The notes under the pieces: generated by a model
Seen by the model: the letters and a program-made list of their open reading frames with translations, nothing else
The model's database searches: none
Told to the model about the DNA's origin: nothing
Origin: the human T2T-CHM13v2.0 reference genome, Homo sapiens
DNA: 64,000 bases
Direction: 5' to 3' (one strand)
NCBI RefSeq assembly: GCF_009914755.1
Contig: NC_060942.1
In this document: positions 27,247 through 40,957 of the stretch, one piece after another
Layout: each line of letters begins with the position of its first letter
Position numbering within the stretch: the first letter of the stretch is position 1
Program-made: the position numbers and the translations under genes

Positions 27247-28644
27247 GTAGGAAATTTTTAAAGATCAGTTTGGATTTTCACATGGCATTGTACAAGTGAT
27301 TCTCTTATAAATTCACTCTTCTTTTAGATTGTATGTTCTAGTGAACTATGGCTCTTACTAGGGAAGTGATGGCTGGGCTAAAAGCCTTCAGTTCCATGGG
27401 GAATTCATTGAAATTCCCCTGTCCTTGTTTTTCTCTGAATATACAATCACTCAGTCCTTGCCACCCATGTGAGCTGGGTAGGGTAGTTTTCATATTTATT
27501 TCCTAGGTGAGAAATATAGTGTGGCCAAGTGACTGGAGGCATGCCTGAGTTAGAAGCAGTCCGGAACAAGAACCTAAGAGTCCTCACTGCAAGTTCTGTA
27601 CCTGCCCTGCTAAACCAGTACTAACTTCTACCAAATTCTTACCCTTACATAAGTAAAAGCAATAAAAACGGAGACTAAAGTAAGGTTATAGATTTGACTC
27701 TCGTGAATGGGCTGGAGTGTGGCTGGGCCTTGGGACCTGATTGGAAACAAGGACTTAAATGTTGTCAGGATTTTTTCCTCTATTTTTTCAACTCTGTTTC
27801 TACCATCATTCTTCTCTCAGGTTGTGGTCTAACTTTCTCTGCTTCCCAGTTCACAATGACAGAACATAGCTACTCACAGGACCTTCGCCATTCTAGAGAC
27901 CTGTTGGAAAATCCCATTCCAAATTCCTAGGAAAGGAACTAGTTGACCAAGGTTTGTTACAGTTGTTTAGTCTAGGGATAGGCCACAAACAGTGCTGCTG
28001 TGGAACTATGGCTGTAATGAATGTGTGCAATAGGCATTTCTCAATCAGTGGGGTGAGGATGGGGAAGAAACTGAACACATAATCGAGTAGGTTAACGAGA
28101 AGTGAGCTGGATAGTTACCTGGGTTTATATATTCACTGGAAATTTTCAGTTGCAAGTGATAGAAAAGTATTCCAAACTAGCTCTGGCAAAATGGGAATTG
28201 TATTGGAATTAGCTGAGGTGACAAAAAACTGGGAAGTCCAGGAGTGAGTGATTGGGGTATTTAGAGTCTCAACTCATAATCCCAGTTCATTCTCATGCTG
28301 TCTCTTTCTCTTTTTCTCTCTAGTTGCTACTCTCATTCTCTAATAATGATCAGGGAATATGGTTGCCTCATATTCAGTCTTCAAGCTTCACAACTCTAGT
28401 AGACAGAGAAAGTGTTTGCCATTAGTTCTAGGAGGGCTCTGGTTGGGGCCATTCATGGGCTCTCTCTGGAAACAACCACAGTATGCTAGAGTACTCGCAG
28501 TAAACAGCCCTTGTCGTATGGCCACCACCTTAGCATACGGTGGGGCTTTGTGATGGACAGTTCGACATAGAATGGAAAAGTAACATATGTCTACAACATC
28601 TAAGTTGCAGGGGTGTTTGTTTTGCTTTCATTTGGCAATTGGTC

Positions 28645-29720
28645 TTATTTTAAAATAAGCTTGATTTTTAGAGCATTTTTAGGTTTACAGAAAAAATTGT
28701 GCACGAAGTATAGGGCTCTCATATGTCCCCCCTTCAACACACACACAGTTTCCCTTATTATTAACATCTTACATTAGTGCGGCATATTTGTTATAATTGA
28801 TGATCTAATATTGATACATCATTATTAACTAAAATCTATAGTTTACATTTGGGTCCACTCTTGATGTCATACTGTTCTATGGATTTTGAAAATGTTCAAT
28901 ATCACGTAGCCACCATTACAATGGCATTCCGAATAGTTTCACTGCCCTAAAAGTGCCCTGTGCTTCACCTGTTCATCCATTCCCCCTAAATTCCTGACAG
29001 CCACTGATCTTTTTTTGTTTGTACAGTTTTGGCTTTTCTGGAATGTCACATAGTTGTAATCATACAGCACGTAGCCTTTTGAGGCTGGCTCCATTCACTA
29101 TGAATTTAATGTTCCTCCATGTCTTTTCAGGGCTTCATAGATCTTTTTGTTTTATTGCTGAATAATATTTTATGGTACAATTGTACCACAGTTTGTTATC
29201 CATTCACCTATTGAAGCACATCTTAGTTCCTTCCAATTTTTTGGCAATAATAAATAAATTTTCTATAAATACTACACTGTGTGCAAGTTTTTCTGTGGAC
29301 ACTGTTTTTAACACATTTGAGTAAACACCTAGGAACAAAATTGCTGCATCGTATGGTAAGACTAGGTTAACTTAGTAAGAAACTGCCCAACTGTTTTCCA
29401 AAGTGGCTGTGCCACTGTGCGTTCCCACCAGCAGTAAATGACAGTGCCTGTTGCTTCATATCGTCATCAGCATTTGGTGTTTCATATTTTAGCCATTCTA
29501 GTAGCCGTGTGTAATTTGCAATCTCCTAGTGACATATGATTGAGCATTTTTCATGTGCTGTATGTCTTCTTTGTGAGGTGTTTCTTAGATCTTTTGCCCA
29601 TTTAAAAAAACTGGCTTGTTTGTTTTATTATTGTTGAGTTTTTTATTATTTGTTGAGTTTTTATTATTGTCTCATATGTTTTGCAAATATTTTCTGCTCA
29701 TCTATTGCTTGTCTTTGCAT
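28645..29720 (-). mobile_element. Ancient L1M (L1MA/MB-like) 3' end
   Basis: ttttaggtttacagaaaaaattg, tatccattcacctattgaag and ttccaaagtggctgtgcca...cccaccagca motifs. Confidence 0.85.
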
Positions 29721-30106
29721 TCTCTTAGTGAATGTCAATTTTTATAATACTAAAATACTTTCTCAAATATTTTCATGTAAAATATGCCTTAGTTTTTGGA
29801 TTATTGGCATTTCCATAATTTACACAAGATCATATATTAAGAGTTTGATTTAATACATGTTGCTGTGATTTATAGAGGTTACCACAGTTGTGTTAGAAAC
29901 AGAAACTCACTTATCTGCTATTGCTGATACTTTTCAGTGGAACAGATATTTCCATAAAGGAAGGTCTGGATAACTTTATTCAGCATTTAGCAGAGAATCA
30001 GCAGTTTCACCAACTGAGAGCCAATGATGGTAGAGAATTAAGGAGTTGGTGGAATACTTCTTCAATGACCTTGTTACCTGTTTTTTTGTTTTTTTGTTTT
30101 TTTTAG

Positions 30107-30262
30107 ACTACAAGCAAACCAGTGCAAATGATGTTTATGAAGAAAAAGCTTCACATTTTTCACATAGAAAAGCCAAAAGCAGTGGGCCTTCAACTCTACT
30201 ACAAAAGCTGTGACCTCAGCCTGCTTATACTACTGCCAGAAGACATTAATGGGCTGGAACAG
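30107..30262 (+). CDS. SERPINB10: SERPINB10 exon 7
   Basis: Long polypyrimidine tract, tttag|ACT...CAG|gtaaat; 156 nt, [52 protein letters not shown]. Confidence 0.97.
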
Positions 30263-31896
30263 GTAAATAACATCAGTGTGTCTGATGTGAGGGTGTTTCC
30301 AGTGTTTACTAAGAAAAGAACTGCTTGGCCAAGGTTTCTCCCAATTGTCCTCAGGAAGAATGTTCTCCCTATTATTTAATTCCTATAGAGAAAGGTCACC
30401 AATGTACCTTGAGTTCTAGGCACTTCACCTTCACAATATTATTTAAACTTTACAACACTCTATAAAATTAATATTACTGTTCCTCAGAAAGGTTAGGCAA
30501 TGTATAGACAGCTCCAGCCTGGGGTCATCACACACATAGCCACATGTACAACAGATACAAATATACCTTGTCAGTCACAGAACTGTGTGGATTGATCATA
30601 ACCATCTTTCAATCAGTCTAGGTTTCCCTCTGGTAGGACCTATGTAATTTGAAATTAATATTTTAACCATTTGCATTAGTATACACACACGTACGCAGAC
30701 ATCAAGCTGTCTTCCAAAACTTATTTGTTGAACATTTTTATCAAGTAAGCAACCTTCAGGAGAAAAAGTCTCTATCAATACTGTCTTCAAGAATTATTTA
30801 AGCTGTTTACCAGCTAAATTTCTATTAATCTGGACACAACTTTTGTCAAACCATGCTTCTGAGCAATTTGCATGCCTAAACTGAACATGAGTCTCATGCA
30901 ACGGATGGCCTGTCTTTCTTTGCACAGTGTCTAATTTTTCACATGTGTCAGACTCTTAATACTTATAAGTTTCCACGATCCTACTAGTATGTAGAAAATA
31001 TTTCCAAATTATGTCATAAAATTTGTGAAACTGGAGAGGATAGTGAAAATAAAACCAGTGTGGACAAATAACCATCAGAGTCAAGCCCTTGTAAGATAAA
31101 AACCTAGAAGTGCAATTTCCTGAGCTGAAGATACTGTCATGTTATTAATGTAAGTGGTTTACAGGTATGCCATTGACAGCCAAAACTTCCATCTAGAAGA
31201 TGCATGTGCATTGAAACAAACATGTCATTTAAAAAATCAAACATACACATATATACATGTGTATTTTTGTGTATATATATATACATACATATATAGTATG
31301 TACACACATATTTATCATTTTAAAAATTTAAAATATAAAGAAGAGGGAAAGCATCCTTAAACTCACTGTAAAATAATTACTTTTGAGATTTGGAGGATTT
31401 TCTTATCTTTTCTTTCTTTTTTGACTTAGTCTATAATTATTAATCTCACGTTGTTTTGATTAGAGTATAGACGTGTTATTTTATTCCAAATTTTGTTTTC
31501 AAAGAGCTGTCTCCCATGTCGATAAACAAGATTTTTTGTGCCTTGGCTTACAACTTGAACTAGAGTATATGCTTTTGTATAGCTAACATCTAAATGTATA
31601 TTTATATTTATGTATTTGAGTGTATAGCTGATGTCTTGCATACTATAGCAGAAGTACTTCCATTTTGAATTAAACTCTAATTCTCCTATATCCGGATAGC
31701 AATTAATCTGCAGAAAAAAGATTTTGAAGGTCAACATTATACAACCAAAGGATTTCCAGATGTGTGTGTGTTGTCACCCTGAGTAACGGGAGTGATCATA
31801 ATTCACCTATGTAATTCCTAGGGTGCTCTCTCTACTACTGTTTTTCATTCCACTTTGGAATTACTGATTCTTTCTTTCTTGGTTCCAAATGGGCAG

Positions 31897-32301
31897 CTGG
31901 AAAAGGCCATCACCTATGAGAAGCTGAATGAGTGGACCAGTGCAGACATGATGGAGTTGTATGAAGTGCAGCTACACCTTCCCAAGTTCAAGCTGGAAGA
32001 CAGTTATGATCTCAAGTCAACCCTGAGCAGTATGGGGATGAGTGATGCCTTCAGCCAAAGCAAAGCTGATTTCTCAGGAATGTCTTCAGCAAGAAACCTA
32101 TTTTTGTCCAATGTTTTCCATAAGGCTTTTGTGGAAATAAATGAACAAGGTACTGAAGCTGCAGCTGGCAGTGGGAGTGAGATAGATATACGAATTAGAG
32201 TCCCATCCATTGAATTCAATGCAAATCACCCATTCCTCTTCTTCATCAGGCACAATAAAACCAACACCATTCTTTTTTATGGAAGATTATGCTCCCCCTA
32301 A
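31897..32301 (+). CDS. SERPINB10: SERPINB10 exon 8 (aa 264-397, reactive-centre loop)
   Basis: gggcag|CTG GAA AAG...; [37 protein letters not shown]...YGRLCSP*. The exons total 1194 nt, giving 397 aa plus stop. Confidence 0.98.
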   Translation: MEKAITYEKLNEWTSADMMELYEVQLHLPKFKLEDSYDLKSTLSSMGMSDAFSQSKADFSGMSSARNLFLSNVFHKAFVEINEQGTEAAAGSGSEIDIRIRVPSIEFNANHPFLFFIRHNKTNTILFYGRLCSP

Positions 32302-32658
32302 ATCCTGCATATCTCTCAACAAACAAGACCATCTTACAGTGTGAAAAATGTACCATGAGATGGAAAAGCACAATTTTCACAAAAATGAGTTTGTAGTCTA
32401 AACCTTTTTCACATTTGAATATAAGTAAATAGATCTTGAAATAATGCATTCTAATGATCCTGTCATATCTGTACAGCTGGAGAGAATGACGATTTTTATT
32501 TTTAACACGTTAACATTTTGTCTAATGTGACTTTCATTTACATTTCAGAAGTACTATGCTATTCAACTGAATGCCTTACAATTCTTGATCACTTGCAATA
32601 TCCATGATACTTGTTATCATATATTTCATATACATCATTAAATGAAAAAAAATCTTTA

Positions 32659-32895
<237 letters not shown>

Positions 32896-32989
32896 TTATG
32901 ATTGTAAAACTAAACCCCCTTTTTCTGCTATTTAAAAAATACTTATATTGACATTAGCTTAAAAAACTAGTGAAATCCAAATGAAATTT

Positions 32990-33170
32990 GAAGTTTAGCT
33001 AGTAGCAATCTCTCAATGTTGGTGCCCTAGTTTTGACAAATGTACCGTGGTCATGTAAGATGTTATCACTTGGGGAAACTGTACTGGAGTATATGAGAAT
33101 TAGCTGTATTATCTCTGCACCTCTTCTGCCAATCTAAAATTATTCCAAAATAAAAGTTTTATTAAAAATA
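32990..33170 (+). mobile_element. Ancient L1M 3' terminus carrying AATAAA (33149-33154) and ATTAAA (33161-33166)
   Basis: ttttgacaaatgtacc...taagatgtta...ggggaaactg...tctaaaattattccaaaataaaagttt is an L1MC/ME-type end. Confidence 0.7.
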
Positions 33171-33204
33171 GTCATTATGGATGGCTGAAATACTCAATAC
33201 CAAC

Positions 33205-34330
33205 ATCCCCCAGTAGCCTTAGCCCCGGCGAGCGCAATGCAGCGCGCGTTCCTCCTCCTGGGCGCCCATCCTCGGCTGCTGCCTCTTCCTTTCGGGCCCC
33301 GGGGCCTGACCTTCCTTCCGGGTCCGCACAGAAGGCCTGAGCGCGTCGCCTCTAACACTGGTCCAGGGCGGGGGAACGCGGTGTGCCTCGGCTGCCACCT
33401 CCTGGTGACTAATTCTAGTGGACGTGGAGAGCGAACCACAGCCTCAACAACACCTAATTCTAATTACAGCTGGTGATCGGTGAGGTGACGGAAATAAACG
33501 GGGCGCTATGGCGGGAACTAATAGATGGTCTCCTTAGGGTGTATGAGGTGTCCCTTGACCCTTCTCTCCCCGAAGTGGACATCAAGGTGATCCTCCCCCC
33601 ATGACCTCCTACCCGTGGCATCCTGCGACCCCCACCCCCGCTGCCAGCCCAGTCCTCCCAGGAGCCCTCGAGGGGAGCACGGGGTTGGCTGAGGGGATGG
33701 GGGAGCTTCCGCGGACACAGTCCAGCCCCGCAGAATGCAAGCGGCGCAGAATCCTTGAAAGAGCTTCCGAGTGAAACCCACGCCCGCCCGTGGGGCGGAG
33801 CCCTAGCAGGGGCGGGCGAGTTCCCGCAAGGCCAGCGCGGAAGGGAAGAACACGGTGTGGGGAGGCAGGGGCTCAGGAGGGCGCCATCAGCTGGTGCTCA
33901 GAGCCCGGAGGAAGGAACTCCCCCCGGAGTTGCGGGGGGTGGCCCTAGGGATGCCTCACCGGCCCCATCTCTCCACGGAGCTACGGGTAGCATCGCCCAT
34001 CGCTCCTACACCCCACGCGCCCTGGCCCAGAACCGGCGCTAGGCTCGGGCAGGGATCACCTCGAGGCCGGGGCTACCCCAATTTTAGGGCCTGAAGTTAC
34101 CTGCTGCTTTCAGGGACTCCGAGCCCTGTATTTCTCCGTCTGACTCAGCTCCTAGACCACACGGGAGCCTCTGCTCTTTTCCCGACATCTCCGGATTTCA
34201 GCATCTGGCTCAGCTTCCTGGTCATCGGTACCTGCACCATCATCTGTCCACACATCTGCAGCTTTCAGTTCCTCCTAGATGCCCGGCTAACCCCCAACCC
34301 ACAAGATTCTACACCCGCTCGAATCTAGGC
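33205..34330. promoter_or_regulatory. Orphan CpG island with promoter-type motifs
   Basis: Abruptly GC- and CpG-rich. TGACG 33486, CGGAA 33489, ATGGCGG 33508, GGCGGGAA 33510, GC boxes 33792 and 33809, TTCCCGC 33821. Confidence 0.8.
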
Positions 34331-34635
34331 ACTTTTACTGCCACTTAACTATGGCCACGCACTCTGTGATCCCATATGAACCTGGTCATCTCCCCAAACT
34401 GCTCAACTTCCTCCTCAAAAGTCCTCCTCCTTTTATTTGTTGTTTTCAGTAACTCTCTTATCTAGTTCTTTCTGTGCCTCTCTTGCCTCTCCAAGTGTCT
34501 TTTTCCGGCTCTTTTTTCCTCTATTGACCGCTTATATTTTGGCGTTCTTAGGGCTCTGGTGCTCTTCACACACCCTCTGGAAAATCACTCCATTCCCGTG
34601 ACTTCAGCTATATCGATTTGTTGAGGACCCCTAAG

Positions 34636-34730
34636 TTTTTCTTTTTTTGTAGAGAAAGGGTCTCATTATGTTGCCCAGGCTGGTCTCGAACTCCTGAGCT
34701 CAAGTGACCTTCCCACCTTTGCCTCCCAAA
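34636..34730 (-). mobile_element. Alu left-arm fragment (FLAM/AluJ-like) within L2-like sequence
   Basis: tttttgtagaga...ttgcccaggctggtctcgaactcctgagctcaagtga...gcctcccaaa. Confidence 0.85.
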
Positions 34731-35397
34731 CTTCCCCTGGACTTTCCATATAACCTTAGCATGTCAAAAACGAAATTCATTTTCTCCTCCAAATTCATTC
34801 AGTTTCCTCTTTCCCCAATCTTGCTTATTGTCACTGCCATTCACTGGCTTGTCCAAGTCAGTAAGTCTGCAAATCATGCCAGCTTTCTCCTTCCTCACCC
34901 TCCTACCCAACAATCCCCAGGTCCTGTCCATCCTCCTTTTTAAACAGCTCTTCCATACATTTTTTAGTTTAGGTTTTTCATTAAATCAAAGACATTTCCC
35001 TAATTTCCTAGTATTTTACCTGCTGTTTCTGATTGTCACTATTCAGAAGGCAAAAGACATGGTAAATGCCATCTGTCCTTACCATACTATCCTTGTTCCA
35101 GCTTCCCTCTATCTGTAGACAGCATGCTCTCTCTAGTTCCTCATGGCTAGGTTTCTTGAAAGAGTAGTCGAAGAGGGCTGTCTTCACTTTTCCCTTTTAT
35201 ATCTCAATCCAATTCAATTTGATTTTTATCCCAACCACTCTCACTAAGGTAAGTAGTGACTAGAATACTGAGAAGTGGGCTCTCTTCAATCTTAATGTTC
35301 CTTTTCCTCTAGTAGCAGCTGCTGATACTATTCACCTCCTTCTTTTTCTTTGTCCAGCTTTTTCTGTATCTTCTCCTTTTTTACATCCTTTTTGCTA

Positions 35398-35774
<377 letters not shown>

Positions 35775-36135
35775 TTATATGCAAGCTGCCTGGGCCAATT
35801 TGTGTCTCCTGAAACTTCACTTGGTGCCTCTACACCATACCTTAGTCTTTACTTCTGTCTCCAGGCATTTTTACTTGCTACTCCTTTCCCCCATGTTCTC
35901 TCTCTCTGTTAATAAGGTCATCATTTATCCAATTATGTATGTTAAAAAACTAAGTCATATAGTAATCTGCTCTTTTCCTTGCCCTCTCCCCCAAAATCAA
36001 CTTGGTCATTAGCTCCTGTGATTTCTGCCTTCTAATGAGTTCTTGGCATCAGCATTGCTACTGTCTGGGCTTAGGCCCAAAATACTTGTGTTCTGGTCTC
36101 CTCCTGCATCCTAAGTATTGACATTAAAGTAAATC

Positions 36136-36139
<4 letters not shown>

Positions 36140-36168
<29 letters not shown>
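36140..36168. repeat. (GA)n microsatellite
   Basis: About 14 GA units. Confidence 0.95.
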
Positions 36169-36173
<5 letters not shown>

Positions 36174-37287
36174 ATAAATCATGCTATCATGCCACTTCTC
36201 TGGTTTTAATTCTATAATGGTTTTCCATTGCTCAAAGAATAAGCCCCAAATTTCTTAGAATGGCAGACAGAATCTTTCCCAGTTTAGGCTTGACCTACTG
36301 ACTGGGTTTAACCTCATTCAATGTCACCATGTGCCACTCCCCAGTATACACCTTCTATTCCACCCTCAAAATATACCCATTCTTCACCTGCTACAAACCT
36401 TTTCACAACCACATTTTAGAAATATGTCCCCTCTGCCTAATATATTCTTTCTCCACTCTCCATCTGTAAAGTCACTCATCCTATAAGACTCAGCTCAACT
36501 GATGCTACTGTGGATTCATCCCGAGTCCCCAGAGCTACTGTTTCCATCATTCTCTTCTCATACTGCTGTGTACCTGCTCCATTAAAGCCGCTGTCCACTC
36601 TATTGTAAATACAACCTGTCTTTCCCATTCATCTGAGATACAGAGAAAAAGAAGGTACATATTTTATTTAGTTTTGTTTCTTAACTTCCTTATGGCCTGT
36701 TGCAGTGCTCAGTACAATAAAAGTCTAATAAATGAAGTTATGGACAACTAGTAAATGGTTTGTTTATATTGTTTCCCAAATCTGTTATTTAGTGAAGAAG
36801 GGATTTCAAGGAATGAAAAGATTTGATGTGGGAAGGATTTAGAAAATATCTAAGCATCTAAATGTAAAAGATGGTCTGTGGTTTAAAAAATACAATCACT
36901 TTTTCTCTTTTTAAAACATAGTACAATAGAAATCTAGAGTGGAGCAGGAGAGCATGGCCTCATTGCATCGCTGAGTCCTTTTCCCTCAAAAATGAATTAT
37001 TTTGATTCTTAACTGTGGGAACAAGAGAGGTAAATTTATTCAGAATTTTTCCATGAATTCCAGTAAGGGGGAGAAAAAAGCAATTTGCATTTATATTGAT
37101 GGACTGTGAATTTTCTTCAATTCCAGATCTATTATTTCAGTTCAGGGAATGGAAGCCACTAGAGATAAGGAATCTTCTTCACCACTTGGTTGTTACCAGT
37201 CTGTAAGCAGAGGCGCGGGTTGCTGAGTGCCGGAAAAATATGTTCCAGCCTCAGTGCTTGACCCTCCACTAAGATATTTGAAGATAT

Positions 37288-37418
37288 GGCCGGGCGTGGT
37301 GGCTCACGCCTGTAATCCTAGCACTTTGGGAGGCGGAGGCCGGTGGATCATAAGGTCAAGAGACTGGGACTATCCTGGCCAACATGGTGAAATCCTGTCT
37401 CTACTAAAAATACAAAAC
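37288..37418 (+). mobile_element. AluS/Y-type left arm, cut at the A-rich linker by an L1
   Basis: ggccgggcgtggtggctcacgcctgtaatcc...ctactaaaaatacaaaa, then directly the L1 5' UTR. Confidence 0.92.
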
Positions 37419-37420
37419 TT

Positions 37421-40400
37421 AGGAGAGATCAGGTTCCAAGATGGTCCAATAGGAACAGCTCCAGTCTACAGCTCCTAGTGTGAGCAACGCAGAAGATGGG
37501 TGATTTCTGCATTTTCAACTGAGGTTCCGGGTTTATCTCACTGAGGCTTGTTGGACAGTGGGTGCAGGACAGTTGGTGCAGCCCACTGAGTGTAAGCTGA
37601 AGCAGGGTGGGGCATCACCTCACCCGGGAAGCGCAATTGGTCAGGGAATTCCCTTTCCTAGCGAAGGGAAGCCGTGACAGACGGCACCTGGAAAATCGGG
37701 TCACTCCCATCCTAATACTGCACTTTTCCAATGGTCTTAGCAAATGGCATACTAGGAGATTATATCCCGCGACTGGCTGGGAGGGTCCCACGCCCACGGA
37801 GGCTCGCTCGCTGCTAGCACAGCAGTCTGAAATCGAACTGCAAGGTGGTAGCGAGGCTGGGGGAGGGGTGCCCGCCATTGCTGAGGCTTGAGTAGGTAAA
37901 CAAAGCCACCAGGAGGCTCAAACTGGGAAGAGCCCACCACAGCTCAAGGAGCCCTGACTGTCTCTGTAGACTCCACCTCTAGGGGCAGGGCTAGATGACC
38001 AAAGGCAGCAGAAACTTCTGCAGACTTAAACATCCCTGTCTGACAGCTTTGAAGAGAGTAGTGGTTCTCCCAACACGGAGTTTGAGATCTGAGAACGGAC
38101 AGACTGCCTCCTCAAGTGGATTCCTGACCCCCAAATAGCCTAACTGGGAGGCACCTCCCAGTAGAGGCCAACTGACACCTCATACGGCCTGGTGCCCGTC
38201 TGAGATAAAGCTTTCAGAGGCAAGATCAGGCAGCAGCATTTGCCATTCTGCAATATTTGCTGTTTGGCAGCCTCTGCTGGTGGTACCCAGGCAAACAGGG
38301 TCTGGAGTGGACCTCCAGCAAACTCCAACAGACCTGCAGCTGAGGGTCTTCACTGTTAGAAGGAAAACTAACAAAGAGAAAGGACATCTATACCAAAACC
38401 CCACCTGCACGTCACCATCATCAAAGACCAAAGGTAGCTAAAACCACAAAGATAGGGAGAAACCAGAGCAGAAAAGCTGAAAATTCTAAAAATTAGAGTG
38501 CCTCTCCTCCTCCAAAGGAATGCAGCTCCTCGCCAGCAAGGGAACAAAGCTGGACGGAGAATGACTTTGATAAGTTGAGAGAAGAAGGCTTCAGATGATC
38601 GGTAATAACAAACTTCTCCGAGCTAAAGGAGGATGTTCAAACCCATCGCAAAGAAGCTAAAAACCTTGAAAAACGATTAGACGAATGGCTAACTAGAATA
38701 AACAGCGTAGAGAAAACCTTAAATGACCTAATGGAGCTGAAAATCATGGCACGAGAACTACATGACACATGCACATGAGACATGCTGATTTGATCAACTG
38801 GAAGAAAGGGTATAAGTGATTGAAGATCGAATGAATGAAATGAAGCGAAAAGAGAAGTTTAGAGAAAAAAACAGTAAGAAAAAACAAACAAAGCCTCCAA
38901 GAAATATAGGACTATGTGAAAAGACCAAATCTACATCTGATTGGTGTACCTGAAAGTGACAGGGAAAATGGAACCAAGTTGGAAAACACTCTGCAGGATA
39001 TTATCCAGGAGAACTTCCCCAACCTAGTAAGGCAGGCCAACAATCAAATTCAGGAAATACAGAGAATGCCACAAATATACTCCTCGAGAAGAGCAACTCC
39101 AAGACACATAATTGTCAGATTCACCAAAGTAGAAATGAAGGAAAACATGTTAAGGGCAGCCAGAGAGAAAGGTTGGGTTACCCACAAAGGGAAGCCCATC
39201 AGACTAACAGTGGATCTCTTGGCAGAAACTCTACAAGCCAGAAGAGAGTAGGGGCCAATAGTCAACATTCTTAAAGAAAATAATTTTCAACCCAGAATTT
39301 CATATCCAGCCAAACTAAGCTTCATAAGTGCAGGAGAAATAAAATCCTTTACAGACAAGCAAATGCTGAGCGATTTTGTCACCACCAGGCCTGCCTTACA
39401 AGAGCTCCTGAAGGAAGCACTAAACATGGAAAGGAACAACCTGTACCAGCCACTGCAAAAACATGCCAAATTGTAAAGACCATCGATGCTAGGAAGGAAC
39501 TGCATCAACTAATGAGCAAAATAACCAGCTAATATTATAATGACAGGATCAAATTAACACATAACAGTATTAACCTTAAATGTAAATGGGCTAAATGCTC
39601 CAATTAAAAGACACAGACTAGCAAATTGTATAAAGAGTGAAGACCCATCAGTGTGCTATATTCAGAAGAGCCATCTCATGTGCAGAGACACACATAGGCT
39701 CAAAATAAAGGGATGGAGGAAGATCTACCAAGCAAATGCAAAACAACAAAAAAAGAAGGGGTTGCAATCCTAGTCTCTGATAAAAGAGACTTTATACCAA
39801 CAAAGATCAGAAGAGACAAAGAAGGCCATTACATAATGGTAAAGGGATCAATTCAACAAGAGGAGCTACCTATCCTAAATATATATGCACCCAATACAGG
39901 AGCAACCAGATTCATAAAGCAAGTCCTTAGAGACCTACAAAGAGACTTAGACTCCCACACAATAATAATGAGAGACTTTAACACCCCACTGTCAATATTA
40001 GACAGATCAACGAGACAGAAAGTTAACAAGGATATCCAGGAATTGAACTCAGCTCTGCACCAAGCAGACCTAATACACATCTACAGAACTCTCCACCCCA
40101 AATCAACAGAATATACATTCTTCTCAGCACCACATCACAATTATTCCAAAATTGACCACATAGTTGGAAATAAAGCACTCCTCAGCAAATGTAAAAGAAC
40201 AGAAATTATAACAAACTGTCTCTCAGACCACAGTGCAATCAAACTAGAACTCAGGATTAAGAAACTCACTCAAAACCGCTCAACTACATGGAAACTGAAC
40301 AACCTGCTCCTGAATGACATCTGGGTGCATAATGAAATGAAAGCAGAAATAAATAGGTTCTTTCAAACCAATGAGAGCAAAGACACAACATACCAGAATC

Positions 40401-40957
40401 TCTGGCACACATTTAAAGCAGTGTGTAGAGGGAAATTTATAGCACTAAATGCCCACAAGAGAAAGCAGGAAAGATCTAAAATTGACACCCTAAAATCACA
40501 ATTAAAAGAACTAGAGAAGCAAGAGCAAACACATTCAAAAGCTAGCAGAAGGCAAGAAATAACTAAGATCAGAGCAGAACTGAAGGAAATAGAGACACAA
40601 AAAACCCTTCAAAAAATAAATGAATCCAGGAGCTGGTTTTTTGAAAAGATCAACAAAACTGATAGTCCACTAGCAAGACAAATAAAGAAGAAAAGAGAGA
40701 AGAATCAAATAGATGCAATAAAAAATGATAGAGGGGATATCACCGCTGATCCCACAGAAATACAAACCACCATAAGAGAATATTATAAACACCTCTACGC
40801 AAATAAACTAGAAAATCTAGAAGAAATGGATACATTCCTGGACACATACACCCTCCCAAGACTAAACCAGGAAGAAGACGAATCCCTGAATAGACCAATA
40901 ACAGGCTCTGAAATTGAGGCTATAATTAACAGCCTACCAACCAAAAAAAGTCCAGGA
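37421..40957 (+). mobile_element. L1PA (PA4-6-like) 5' half: 5' UTR, decayed ORF1, ORF2 endonuclease region; 3'-truncated
   Basis: ggttccaagatgg..aataggaacagctcc start. ORF1 ATG is mutated to ATA (~38452); ORF1 piece at 38916-39251. ORF2 ATG at 39540 has a stop five codons later. ORF 39713-40999 has EN motifs ([19 protein letters not shown]). Homology stops at aaaagtccagga. Confidence 0.96.
37615..37878 (-). CDS. L1 ORF0 homologue (antisense ORF in the L1 5' UTR), 87 aa, open
   Basis: MAGTPPPASLPPCSSISDCCASSERASVGVGPSQPVAGYNLLV...GVTRFSRC resembles primate L1 ORF0 (MAGAPPPASLPPCSLISDCCASN...). Context gcaATGg. Expression is not shown. Confidence 0.6.
   Translation of the reverse strand: MAGTPPPASLPPCSSISDCCASSERASVGVGPSQPVAGYNLLVCHLLRPLEKCSIRMGVTRFSRCRLSRLPFARKGNSLTNCASRVR

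Noticed and set aside
31855-31896. N-terminal extension [14 protein letters not shown] of the 148-aa ORF
   Set aside because: Intronic polypyrimidine region with a TTG start. The real exon begins at 31897. The same applies to the extensions on ORFs 27040 and 30122.
33194-34094. Overlapping 79-95 aa ORFs in the CpG island
   Set aside because: Stop-poor GC-rich DNA with R/G/P-biased translations and no recognisable domain.
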